32,615 nt of DNA, from NCBI GenBank assembly GCA_902783265.1, contig CACZQJ010000001.1:1-32615 (forward strand), in the 5' to 3' direction. The notes beneath the pieces were generated by a model that saw only the letters and a list, made by a program, of their open reading frames with translations, did no database searches and was not told the origin of the DNA. Below, in pieces: positions 17,568 through 26,565 of this stretch. The DNA is from an uncultured Erysipelotrichaceae bacterium (GTDB lineage: Bacteria > Bacillota_I > Bacilli_A > RF39 > UBA660). The position numbers and the translations under genes are program-made. How positions within the stretch are numbered: the first letter of the stretch is position 1; each line of letters begins with the position of its first letter.

Positions 17568-18140
17568 TTATTGAGCTTGACTAGCTACGATAGTAACAGT
17601 AATTCCAGCACTTTCTTCACCAGCTAAACTTGTAACGTTTTCATTTTTGAATTCAGCAGTTACTTTAATAGTAGTATTACCAGTATTAGCAACTAAAGAA
17701 TTACTTGCAGGATTTTCAACAGTAAATTGAATATGTCCAGCTTGACTAGTACAAACATTACCAGTACATGTTGTAGTACCTGTTCCTGAAACACTAGGAG
17801 CTGCTAAAGTTGCAGGTAAACTACCTTCATTTAGAATAGTTAAAAGAAATTCAACTTTATCGCCAGGTTGGTTTAATGTAGCATTAACATTTGCAGTTAA
17901 ATTACCATCATAACCAACAGTTCCTACTGGGGCGTCAGTTCCACCAGTTCCAGTTGTTGGAGTAACAACACCAGGTGCTGTTGTAGTTTTAGAAGTATCA
18001 AAATGTACATTCCAACTTGAATTAATTGTTGCAGTACCATTAATTGTTAAAGTAGTAGCAAATGCTGCATAACCTACTGCCATAACAAATACTACTGCTA
18101 GTAGTGCTCCTATTAACGCATTCTTGTGTTTAGATTCCAT
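17568..18140 (-). CDS. TasA/CalY-like secreted fibre subunit (190 aa)
   Basis: VGYA|AFATTLTINGTA..SSW, core LNQPGDKVEFLLTILNEGSL, Cys pair CTGNVC, C-terminus VASQAQ; strong RBS AAGGAGG. Confidence 0.72.
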   Translation of the reverse strand: MESKHKNALIGALLAVVFVMAVGYAAFATTLTINGTATINSSWNVHFDTSKTTTAPGVVTPTTGTGGTDAPVGTVGYDGNLTANVNATLNQPGDKVEFLLTILNEGSLPATLAAPSVSGTGTTTCTGNVCTSQAGHIQFTVENPASNSLVANTGNTTIKVTAEFKNENVTSLAGEESAGITVTIVASQAQ

Positions 18141-18265
18141 TTTCCTTCCTCCTTATATATTTTTTGCAAGTAGCCTATCTCTACTCTGATACTAATATAC
18201 CATTTTTCTAAATTTAGTTCAAGGATAAAATCAAAAAAAAGAAAAAAATTTTAATTTTTTCTTTT

Positions 18266-19951
18266 TTACATTGCCTTAGGTATACTAATTCCAAGTAATG
18301 AAAGTAATTTTTTCAAAACTTTATTATTAAATGAAAGAACTATATCATAATCATTCCTGATTTTTTCATCAATCCCGTTCATCTTATTAGCCTCATAAAA
18401 GTTATTAGCTATAACCGCAAGTTCATACAAATAATTAGCAATATAATGTGGTTTTCTTTCTAAAGCTGCCTCATTAATCACATTACTTACATCTAATAGT
18501 TTTAATCTTAAAGCCCTATCTACATCATTATAAATTTCAGAAGAAAGATTTCCATCATTATTAGAAAGAAGTTTATTAATTCTTAAATAACTATATAAAA
18601 TATATGAACCCGTTTTACCATTTACTTCACTAAATTTTTTAATATCAAATATATAATTTCTTGTTAAATCATTTTGAAGATCGGCAAATTTAATAATTGC
18701 ATTTACTATTTTATCCAAATCTTCACTACCCATATTTTTATTTTCTTCTCTTAAATTAATAAACTCATCTTTAACCTCTTTAATTAAAGATTCGAGTTTT
18801 AAAGCTCCTCCTTCACGAGTTTTAAAAGGTTTATTATCAGGGCCATTCACAGTTCCATAACCATAATGTTCCAAACTTCCATCATAAATATTTGCTTTTC
18901 TAGTAGCTCTAAAAACTTGCTTAAAATGTAATGCCTGTCTATTATCAGTAACATATATTATTGCATCAGGATTAAAGTCTTTTTTTCTCTGCCAAATAGT
19001 CCCTAAATCAGAAGTTGCATATAAATAAGCTCCATCACTTTTTTGCAAAATAAGTGGTGGAATATCTATTTTATCATCGTCTTCTTTAACATCTATTATT
19101 TTAGCCCCATCGTCTTCCTTAACAATGCCTTTACTTTCAATAAAAGGAATCATTTCTGAAAATTGTTTATAAGAATCAGACTCACCATACCATAAATCAA
19201 AATGAACATCTAAATATTCGTAAAGCCTTTTAATATCAGCAATTGAAATATCACATATTTTTTTCCACAAAATTTTGTAATTTGAATTTCCATCCTGTAA
19301 ATCTTTAGTTATTTTAAGGCATTTGGCTTTTACATCATCATTTTCTTTACATAAAGCACTCATTTCAGGATAAGTTTTATTTAAATAATCTAAATCAAAT
19401 TCAATATCTTTAAAATCAGTATTAGGAAAATCTCTAATAATGCCATAAATAACTTGTCCCATCTGCGTTCCGATATCACCTAAATGTACATCACCTATTA
19501 CTTTATTTCCTTTAAATTTTAAAATATTATAAATAGCCTGGCCAATAATAGCCGTTCTTAAATGCCCAACATGAAGAGGCTTAGCAACATTAGGACCTCC
19601 ATAATCAATAACAATAGTATTATGTTCTTCTTCTATTCCAAACTTATCTTTATTAATAAGCTCTTTTAGCATTTTATTTATAAATTCATCACTGACGCAA
19701 ATATTTATAAAGCCAGGTTTTGCAAGTGTGACACTATTAAAATATAAAGAAAAATCATCCATTTCATTAATAGTTTTTACAATATCCTCGCCAATTACTA
19801 AAGGTGCTTTATGATATTCTTTAGCAAGGCTAAATAAATTATCACATTGAAAATCAACATTTTCTTCTTTAGACTTAACAACTTTAGCATCTACTTCATA
19901 CCCTAGTTTTTTAAAAGCCTGATTTAAAATATCCTCTAATTTTTCTTGCAT
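18266..19951 (-). CDS. argS: Arginine--tRNA ligase
   Basis: PGFIN, DYGGPNVAKPLHVGHLR (HIGH), KSDGAYLYATSDL, FKTREG and Y..LRI motifs; start MQEKLED at 19951 after GGAGGG. Confidence 0.96.
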   Translation of the reverse strand: MQEKLEDILNQAFKKLGYEVDAKVVKSKEENVDFQCDNLFSLAKEYHKAPLVIGEDIVKTINEMDDFSLYFNSVTLAKPGFINICVSDEFINKMLKELINKDKFGIEEEHNTIVIDYGGPNVAKPLHVGHLRTAIIGQAIYNILKFKGNKVIGDVHLGDIGTQMGQVIYGIIRDFPNTDFKDIEFDLDYLNKTYPEMSALCKENDDVKAKCLKITKDLQDGNSNYKILWKKICDISIADIKRLYEYLDVHFDLWYGESDSYKQFSEMIPFIESKGIVKEDDGAKIIDVKEDDDKIDIPPLILQKSDGAYLYATSDLGTIWQRKKDFNPDAIIYVTDNRQALHFKQVFRATRKANIYDGSLEHYGYGTVNGPDNKPFKTREGGALKLESLIKEVKDEFINLREENKNMGSEDLDKIVNAIIKFADLQNDLTRNYIFDIKKFSEVNGKTGSYILYSYLRINKLLSNNDGNLSSEIYNDVDRALRLKLLDVSNVINEAALERKPHYIANYLYELAVIANNFYEANKMNGIDEKIRNDYDIVLSFNNKVLKKLLSLLGISIPKAM

Positions 19952-19954
19952 ATT

Positions 19955-20168
19955 ATCCCTCCATAAAATTAAAAAAATTCCATAAAATAAGGACGGATAT
20001 TTCCGCGGTGCCACCTTAATTCATAGAATTTCTATGCTCTTAAATCTTTAACGCAGATCTGCGAACAAGCTAAAAAGGTGCGTTCATAAGTAAATACTAT
20101 CAGTTTCCACTAAACACTAACTCACTATAAATATTTAATCTTATTACTATTCCTTCGTCATCACTTTG
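19955..20168 (-). promoter_or_regulatory. T-box riboswitch, Arg specifier CGC
   Basis: Antiterminator AAGGTGGCACCGCGG (about 20017-20003), AGTA motif in stem I, specifier loop GAA-CGC-A with CGC at 20082-20080, F-box-like GCGTTA; upstream of argS. Confidence 0.9.
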
Positions 20169-20173
20169 AAATA

Positions 20174-20202
20174 ATTATAAAAAATTATTCATTGTTTGTC
20201 AA
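20174..20202 (-). promoter_or_regulatory. Sigma-A promoter of argS
   Basis: Perfect TTGACA (20202-20197), 17 nt, TATAAT (20179-20174). Confidence 0.8.
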
Positions 20203-20203
20203 G

Positions 20204-20228
20204 AAAAAAGATTACCAAAAGGTAATCT
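20204..20228 (-). terminator. Intrinsic terminator after the TasA-like pair
   Basis: Minus strand AGATTACC-TTTT-GGTAATCT followed by a T run. Confidence 0.8.
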
Positions 20229-20234
20229 ATAAAA

Positions 20235-20819
20235 CTAAGCTTGTGTTGCCGAAAAAGTTACTGCAACCTTTAATTGCTCACCAGAAGCCAAATTTGAAAC
20301 TGTCGTATTTTTAAACTTAGCAGTTACATTAATAGTTGCTGTACCGCCATTTGCTGTTAAACTGGTTTTTGAAAAACTGCCAATTGTGAATTCAACATGT
20401 CCAGCTGTACTTGTACAAACCGTGCTAGTACCACTACCAGAACATGAACCACCACTTGTTGCCGTCATTGTAGGTGTACCCAAAGTTGCTGCTAAACTAC
20501 CAGAATTTTTAACAGTTAAGGTATAAACAACCGTATCTCCAGGTTGATATAAAGTAGCACCTAAAGTTGCTGTAGTATCACCATTAGAATATGCAATAGT
20601 TCCTCCTGAAGGAGCCGTTCCACCAGTTTTACCAATTGTAGTTGCTATAACTCCCGTCCCTGAAGTTTTAGTTGAATCAAATTTAACATCCCAGCTTGAA
20701 CTAATTGTTGCCGTACCATTAATTGTAAGTGCTGTGCTAAAAGCCGCATAAGCTACAGCCATAACTACTAGTACTGCAAGTAGCATTGCTATCATTATAT
20801 TTTTACGATTGTTTGTCAT
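20235..20819 (-). CDS. TasA/CalY-like secreted fibre subunit (194 aa)
   Basis: VAYA|AFSTALTINGTA..SSW, core LYQPGDTVVYTLTVKNSGSL, Cys pair CSGSGTSTVC, C-terminus FSATQA. Confidence 0.72.
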   Translation of the reverse strand: MTNNRKNIMIAMLLAVLVVMAVAYAAFSTALTINGTATISSSWDVKFDSTKTSGTGVIATTIGKTGGTAPSGGTIAYSNGDTTATLGATLYQPGDTVVYTLTVKNSGSLAATLGTPTMTATSGGSCSGSGTSTVCTSTAGHVEFTIGSFSKTSLTANGGTATINVTAKFKNTTVSNLASGEQLKVAVTFSATQA

Positions 20820-21370
20820 TTTCTCTTATCCTTACTTTAATAATTATTAACTAGCTGCTTGAGTAGCAGTAATAGAAACAACAATGCTTGCTTCTTCGCC
20901 ACTAGATAAACTAGTAACAGCAGTATCAACAAATTCAGCAGTTACTTGCATAGTGGTACTTCCATTAGTAGCATTTAAAGTTGAGCTTAATGGACTACCA
21001 ACAGTAAATTTAATATGCCCAGCTGAACTAGTACAAATAAGACCTGAACAATTAGTTGCCTCTCCTGCAGTTGCTGAAGGTGCCCCTAAAGTGGCTTTTA
21101 AACTACCTTCGTTTTTAATAGTTAAAGTAAATACAACTTTATCACCTGGTTGTCTAAGCGTTGCTCTAACACCTGCATGTTGACCATCAGTATATGAAAC
21201 TGTTCCTGATGGCGCAGTTGAACCTCCTGCACCAGTAGTTGGATTAATAACACCGGTTCCTGAAGTCTTTGTTGTATCAAAATGAACATTCCAGCTTGAA
21301 TTAATTGTTGCTGTACCATTAATTGTAAGTGCAGTACTAAATGCTGCATAAGCTACAGCCATAACTACTA
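20691..21370. repeat. Direct repeat: 5' segments of the two tandem TasA-like genes
   Basis: 20691-20770 and 21291-21370 match at 74 of 80 nt by manual alignment, offset exactly 600 nt. Confidence 0.8.
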
Positions 21371-21419
21371 AAGCTCCCAATAACATTGCGATCATCGCAT
21401 TTTTGTGATTGTTTCCCAT
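20847..21419 (-). CDS. TasA/CalY-like secreted fibre subunit (190 aa)
   Basis: VAYA|AFSTALTINGTA..SSW, core LRQPGDKVVFTLTIKNEGSL, Cys pair CSGLIC, C-terminus ITATQAAS. Confidence 0.72.
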   Translation of the reverse strand: MGNNHKNAMIAMLLGALVVMAVAYAAFSTALTINGTATINSSWNVHFDTTKTSGTGVINPTTGAGGSTAPSGTVSYTDGQHAGVRATLRQPGDKVVFTLTIKNEGSLKATLGAPSATAGEATNCSGLICTSSAGHIKFTVGSPLSSTLNATNGSTTMQVTAEFVDTAVTSLSSGEEASIVVSITATQAAS

Positions 21420-21502
21420 AAATAAATTCCTCCTCTATCTTAATTAAACTATAACATAACTTTTTTTTATATGCAACAGCAATTTTAAAACTTTACACAA
21501 AC

Positions 21503-22312
21503 TTACACCATAAAATAAAGCAAAACAATAACTCCTAATATGATGCGGTAATACCCAAATATTTTAAAATCATGCCTCTTAATGTAATTCATTAAAAATC
21601 TTATAACAAACATTGAAACAATAAAAGCCACAATCATACCAGTAAGTAAAATTGCAAGTTCGGCACCTGTAAAATTAAATGAAAACTTAAATAATTTAAG
21701 AAGACTAGCCCCAAACATTACCGGAATTGCCAAAAAGAAAGTAAACTCAGCTGCTACTGTCCTAGATACCCCTATCATCAAAGCTCCAAGTATTGTGGCT
21801 CCAGATCTAGATGTGCCCGGAAAAACTGCTGCTATTAATTGAAATATACCAATAAGTAAAGCAGTATTATAAGTAATTTCTTCCAAAGAATTAATCTTTG
21901 ATTTTTTATTCTTATTTTCAATTACTATAAATAAAACGCCGAAAATAATTAAAGCAAGTGATACACAAACCGGATTATAAAATAATTTTTCAAATACCTC
22001 ATCAAACAAAATACCAACAATCGCTGCTGGAACGCAAGCAACTATTATCTTTCCCCATAAAGATACAATATTTTTATTAATTTTAATATTTTCCTTTTCC
22101 TTATAAAAAGGGAAAATCTTCTTCCAAAAAAGTAATACAACCGCAAGTATTGCACCAAGTTGAATCACAACCTGAAACATACTATAAAACTCATCAGACA
22201 CATCTAACTTCATAATCTCATTAAGTAAAATTAAATGACCGGTACTACTAATTGGAAGCCATTCTGTAATTCCCTCAACAATACCAAAAATAATTGCCTT
22301 TATAATAAACAT
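21503..22312 (-). CDS. uppP: Undecaprenyl-diphosphate phosphatase
   Basis: GIVEGITEWLPISSTGH, IQLGAILAV, PGTSRSGATI and F..YR motifs. Confidence 0.96.
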   Translation of the reverse strand: MFIIKAIIFGIVEGITEWLPISSTGHLILLNEIMKLDVSDEFYSMFQVVIQLGAILAVVLLFWKKIFPFYKEKENIKINKNIVSLWGKIIVACVPAAIVGILFDEVFEKLFYNPVCVSLALIIFGVLFIVIENKNKKSKINSLEEITYNTALLIGIFQLIAAVFPGTSRSGATILGALMIGVSRTVAAEFTFFLAIPVMFGASLLKLFKFSFNFTGAELAILLTGMIVAFIVSMFVIRFLMNYIKRHDFKIFGYYRIILGVIVLLYFMV

Positions 22313-22743
22313 TAATTAACCTCACATTCTATATTTTCTTTTCTCATCTTATTAAAAAATTTAATTGAACTTTTATTTAGCTTAAATTCTTTCAAAACAC
22401 TACTATCTAATCTTTGAACATCTAGCTTATACTTTATTTCATATTCATACTTACTATCTTTAGAAACATAAACAAAAACCTCTTCATCATTATATTTATT
22501 ATTATAACTTATAATAGAGTTCTTAATATTAGATATGGTTTTTAAGCCATCTTCATCTAAAGCCTTATAACTGTGAACAATAATAGCCTCATTAATTACA
22601 TCGTCACTATCATATATCACAGTAATAGAAGTCTTATCATTTAAATGTGTAGTTTTATATTCATAATTACAAGTCTTACTAAAATCCATATTAGTAACAC
22701 ACCCAGTTAAAAGAATTATCAATAACACACTATATTTTTTCAT
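22312..22743 (-). CDS. Putative lipoprotein
   Basis: MKK plus hydrophobic stretch and lipobox LLTG|C; translationally coupled to tex and uppP. Confidence 0.75.
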   Translation of the reverse strand: MKKYSVLLIILLTGCVTNMDFSKTCNYEYKTTHLNDKTSITVIYDSDDVINEAIIVHSYKALDEDGLKTISNIKNSIISYNNKYNDEEVFVYVSKDSKYEYEIKYKLDVQRLDSSVLKEFKLNKSSIKFFNKMRKENIECEVN

Positions 22744-24881
22744 GAAACACCCTTAGGTTCAATTAATGAAAGAGAAACTTTTTCTTTATCATACAAAATT
22801 TCATCAACATAACAATCGACTATATCCCCTACACTTACAACCTCCATCGGATGTTTAATAAATTTATTAGTAAGTTTAGAAATATGAGCAAGTCCGTCAT
22901 TATGAAGACCAATATCAATAAAAGCACCAAACGGTGTTACATTACGAACAGTTCCTTGAAGTTTCATCCCAAGTTTTAAATCCTTTAAATCCAAAACATC
23001 ACTTTTTAAAATTGGCTTTGGCATATCATCACGAGGATCGCGGTTAGGTTTTTTCAAAGATTTAATAATATCTTCTAAAGTATATTTATCTGTTTCTAAA
23101 ATAGAAGCATATTCATCTATATCAATATCCAATTTTTGATTAAACTCTTCTGTTCCAATATCATTAATATCAAGTTTAAGTAACTCTAAAAGCTTTAAAG
23201 TCTTATCATAACTCTCAGGATGAATAGCAGTTCTATCCAAAACATTAACACCTATTACTCTAAGAAAACCTACTGCCTGTGTATAAACCTTATCAGATAA
23301 TAATTTTTTTATTTCTAATCTATCTTTTATTTTTCCATTGTTATCCCTAAAATTAACTATTTTGTCAATGGTTATTTTAGTAAGTCCAGAAACATATTTA
23401 AGTAATGACTTACTTGCAGTATTTACATTAACCCCCACACTGTTGACTGACTTTTCCACAACAAAGTCTAAAGATTCTTTAAGGTCTTTATTAGGAACAT
23501 CATGTTGATACATACCTACCCCAATACTTTCAGGATCTATCTTAACAAACTCAGAAAGCGGATCTTGAAGACGTCTCGCAATACTAATTGCACTACGTTC
23601 TTCTACATGTAAATCAGGAAATTCTGAAATAGCAAGCTTACTTGCTGAATAAACAGAAGCCCCAGCTTCACTAACTATTATATATTCAACTTTTCTTTTA
23701 GCATCTTTAATAATAGAAGCCACAAACGCTTCACTTTCCCTAGAAGCCGTTCCATTACCTATTGCAATAACATCAATATTATATTTATCAATTAAATCAA
23801 GTAACACTTTTTTGCTTTTTTCTTTTTCATTTTTAGGCTCATGAGGATATATAACTTTAATATCAAGCATTTTACCTGTTGGATCTACAATTGCTAACTT
23901 ACAGCCAGTTCTAAAAGCTGGATCAAAGCCCAAGACCATTTTATCTTTCATAGGTGGTTGCATAAGTAATTTTTCCAAATTAAGACTAAAATTTTTAATA
24001 GCCTCTACATTAGCCTTTTCCGTAAGTTCACTTCTTACCTCCCTTTGAATAGAAGGAAATATTAATCTTTTATAACTATCCCTAATAGCTTCTTCAATTA
24101 TATAATTAAGTGGTCCTTCTTTTTTTATAACCCTCTCTTTTAAATAATTTATAATTTTTTCATCATCGACATCAATATTAACCGAAATAACCTTTTCATT
24201 TTCAGCCCTATTAATTGCAAGAATTCTATACTCTTTAGCATACCTTACCTTTTCATTAAAATCATAATACATTTCGTAAAGCTTATTTTCATCATCTGCA
24301 TTATTTTTTTTCTTACAAATAATTACTCCTTCATTAAAAACATATTTTCTAATCCATTTTCTATAAAAAGCGTTATCACTTATCCACTCAGCAATTATAT
24401 AACTAGCACCTGTTATAGCTTCTTCCTTAGTTTTTACATTTTCATTTAAAAAAGGAGCAGTTAAAGAATCCAAATCTTTAGTAGTATAACTCATAATTTG
24501 CTTAGCAAGCCCTTCTAGCCCATTTTTAATAGCTTCAGTAGCTTTTGTCTTTTTCTTTTCTTTAAAAGGCCTATATAAATCTTCTACCTCAACTAGTTTA
24601 GAAGCATTCATAATTTGTTCTTTAAGTTCATCAGTAAGTAAGCCTTTTTCATCAATCAATCTAATAACATCTTCTTTTCTTTTTAAAAGATTTTCTTGAT
24701 AAACATATACATCACTTATTTGTCTAATTTCTTCCTCATTTAAATTACCAGTTGCTTCTTTACGGTATCTAGCAATAAAAGGAATTGTATTTCCTTCATC
24801 AAGCAATTTAAGTACAGCCTCAGCCTGACTACTATTAATATTTAAATTTTTGCCAATTTCATCAATTATTTCCTTATTCAT
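22740..24881 (-). CDS. tex: Tex family RNA-binding transcriptional accessory protein
   Basis: GNTIPFIARYRKEATG, EDLYRPFK, DPAFRTGCK, IGNGTASRES, SEAGASVYSAS and C-terminal S1 domain. Confidence 0.96.
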   Translation of the reverse strand: MNKEIIDEIGKNLNINSSQAEAVLKLLDEGNTIPFIARYRKEATGNLNEEEIRQISDVYVYQENLLKRKEDVIRLIDEKGLLTDELKEQIMNASKLVEVEDLYRPFKEKKKTKATEAIKNGLEGLAKQIMSYTTKDLDSLTAPFLNENVKTKEEAITGASYIIAEWISDNAFYRKWIRKYVFNEGVIICKKKNNADDENKLYEMYYDFNEKVRYAKEYRILAINRAENEKVISVNIDVDDEKIINYLKERVIKKEGPLNYIIEEAIRDSYKRLIFPSIQREVRSELTEKANVEAIKNFSLNLEKLLMQPPMKDKMVLGFDPAFRTGCKLAIVDPTGKMLDIKVIYPHEPKNEKEKSKKVLLDLIDKYNIDVIAIGNGTASRESEAFVASIIKDAKRKVEYIIVSEAGASVYSASKLAISEFPDLHVEERSAISIARRLQDPLSEFVKIDPESIGVGMYQHDVPNKDLKESLDFVVEKSVNSVGVNVNTASKSLLKYVSGLTKITIDKIVNFRDNNGKIKDRLEIKKLLSDKVYTQAVGFLRVIGVNVLDRTAIHPESYDKTLKLLELLKLDINDIGTEEFNQKLDIDIDEYASILETDKYTLEDIIKSLKKPNRDPRDDMPKPILKSDVLDLKDLKLGMKLQGTVRNVTPFGAFIDIGLHNDGLAHISKLTNKFIKHPMEVVSVGDIVDCYVDEILYDKEKVSLSLIEPKGVS

Positions 24882-25255
24882 TTTTTACCAAACCTTCCAT
24901 TTCTTACTTCTGATAATCCATAATCTAAATCATATGAGAAAAAATCATCATTCAAACTAAAAAACTCATGAAATAAATCATCGTGCTTAAGAACATAATT
25001 AATTGTTCCATTAGTATCCTTATCCATTAGAGTAGCAAATAATTTATATTCATGTGGTTTATTACTATCACTAAAAAAAGATTTAATTGTCTTAATATCA
25101 AATATTGATAAAACCTGCTCAGCACTAAAAAATGATAATAATTTTCGAAAACCAGAATATAAATCTCCACTATATTCCTTAAGCAAATTTATAGCAAATT
25201 CTCTTCTTTGCTCTTCATCAGACTGACTAATTTTTAAAAGTGCATCTTCATTCAT
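24878..25255 (-). CDS. Hypothetical protein (125 aa)
   Basis: ORF with GGGATGG-like RBS and TATAAT upstream; ATGA overlap with the tex start. Confidence 0.6.
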   Translation of the reverse strand: MNEDALLKISQSDEEQRREFAINLLKEYSGDLYSGFRKLLSFFSAEQVLSIFDIKTIKSFFSDSNKPHEYKLFATLMDKDTNGTINYVLKHDDLFHEFFSLNDDFFSYDLDYGLSEVRNGRFGKK

Positions 25256-25333
25256 ATCATACCATCCCTATACCATTATACATTTTTTATATATAAAAGC
25301 AAACAAAAAACACAGTATTTGACACTGCATTTT

Positions 25334-26548
25334 TTATTTATTTAAATACTTATTACCAACTTGTTTATGAACTAAAGAAGCTTTTTTAATGGCTTTAAAT
25401 CCGTATTTTTCTTTTATATTATCAACTGTTTTTTCTAACGACTTATTATCTTCTCTAGTATCCAAATTTTCAAACAAAGATGTTTGATGATTAGAACTTT
25501 CTACCAAATTATCAAGTCTCACCCCAATTAATCTAATCCCATCATCAGTATCCATTTCATCAAGTATTTCTTTTGCAGTATTATAAATTTCCTCAGTAAT
25601 ATTAGTCGCATTAACTAATTTTTTCTGATGACTTCGCCTTTTAAAAAACTTATCTTTTAAAGTAACCACTACTACATAAGCATATTTTTCCTGTTTTCTA
25701 AGCCTTAAAGTGACATTTTCCGATAAAGCAAGTAAATATCCATATAATTCCTTCTTAGATGATATATTATGATCTAAAGTTGTTTCATTGCCTATTCCCT
25801 TAGGATCATCAGCTACAGGATTTACAAAATCACTTCCTATTCCATTAGCTGCTCTAACCATATCAATTGCCATGTTTTTAAAATATTTGTATAATTTTTT
25901 ATCATCAGCATGCGCCAAATCATAAATAGTATTTATATTTAAATTATGAAGCTTAATAGCCGTTTTCTTACCAATACCAAATAATTCGTCAACTTGAAGC
26001 GGCCACATTTTATCCTGAACTTCATTTTTGTATAAAGTATGAACCTTATAAGGTTTTGAAAAATCAGAAGCCATTTTCGCACATAATTTATTATTCGCAA
26101 TACCAATATTAACAGTAAAACCCAAAGTATCATATATTTCTTTTTTCAACCTATAAGCAAACTGTCTCTCATCGCCATATAGATGTTTAACAGGAGTATA
26201 ATCCAAAAAACACTCATCAATACTCATTTGTTCAACATCCGGAGTATATTTTTTTATAAGAGCAAACATACTATCACTCATTTTTTTATAAAAATTATAA
26301 TTTGGCGGATAGCTCTTTAAAGCTGGGCACTTTTTTCTAGCTGAATATAACGTTTCGCCAGTAACCACACCTCTTTTCTTAGCTGGCATCGATTTGGCCA
26401 AAACAATTCCTCTTCTAGAAGCTTCATCGCCGCCTATTACCGCATAACTATTTCTAATATCATACTTATAGCCATCTTTAAGCATAAGTACAGCTGACCA
26501 AGACAAAAAAGCATTATTAACATCAATATGCATTATAATCCTTTCCAT
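25334..26548 (-). CDS. dinB: DNA polymerase IV (Y family)
   Basis: HIDVNNAF, SIDECFLD, AKMASD..KP, GIGKKT and IRLIGV motifs. Confidence 0.95.
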   Translation of the reverse strand: MERIIMHIDVNNAFLSWSAVLMLKDGYKYDIRNSYAVIGGDEASRRGIVLAKSMPAKKRGVVTGETLYSARKKCPALKSYPPNYNFYKKMSDSMFALIKKYTPDVEQMSIDECFLDYTPVKHLYGDERQFAYRLKKEIYDTLGFTVNIGIANNKLCAKMASDFSKPYKVHTLYKNEVQDKMWPLQVDELFGIGKKTAIKLHNLNINTIYDLAHADDKKLYKYFKNMAIDMVRAANGIGSDFVNPVADDPKGIGNETTLDHNISSKKELYGYLLALSENVTLRLRKQEKYAYVVVVTLKDKFFKRRSHQKKLVNATNITEEIYNTAKEILDEMDTDDGIRLIGVRLDNLVESSNHQTSLFENLDTREDNKSLEKTVDNIKEKYGFKAIKKASLVHKQVGNKYLNK

Positions 26549-26565
26549 ACAACCACCCTAAAAAC

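Noticed and set aside
19952-20014. Upstream GTG start for argS
   Set aside because: It falls inside the T-box antiterminator; the real RBS precedes ATG 19951.
16877-21419. TasA-like paralogs as type IV pilins, sortase pilins or DGR targets
   Set aside because: The hydrophobic helix precedes the cleavage motif and there is no G|FxxxE, LPXTG, sortase or reverse transcriptase; repeat mismatches are not adenine-specific.
21461-21468. A8 tract in the promoter spacer of the 20847 gene as a phase-variation switch
   Set aside because: Runs of 7-9 A/T are common throughout this window; no support without read-level length variation.
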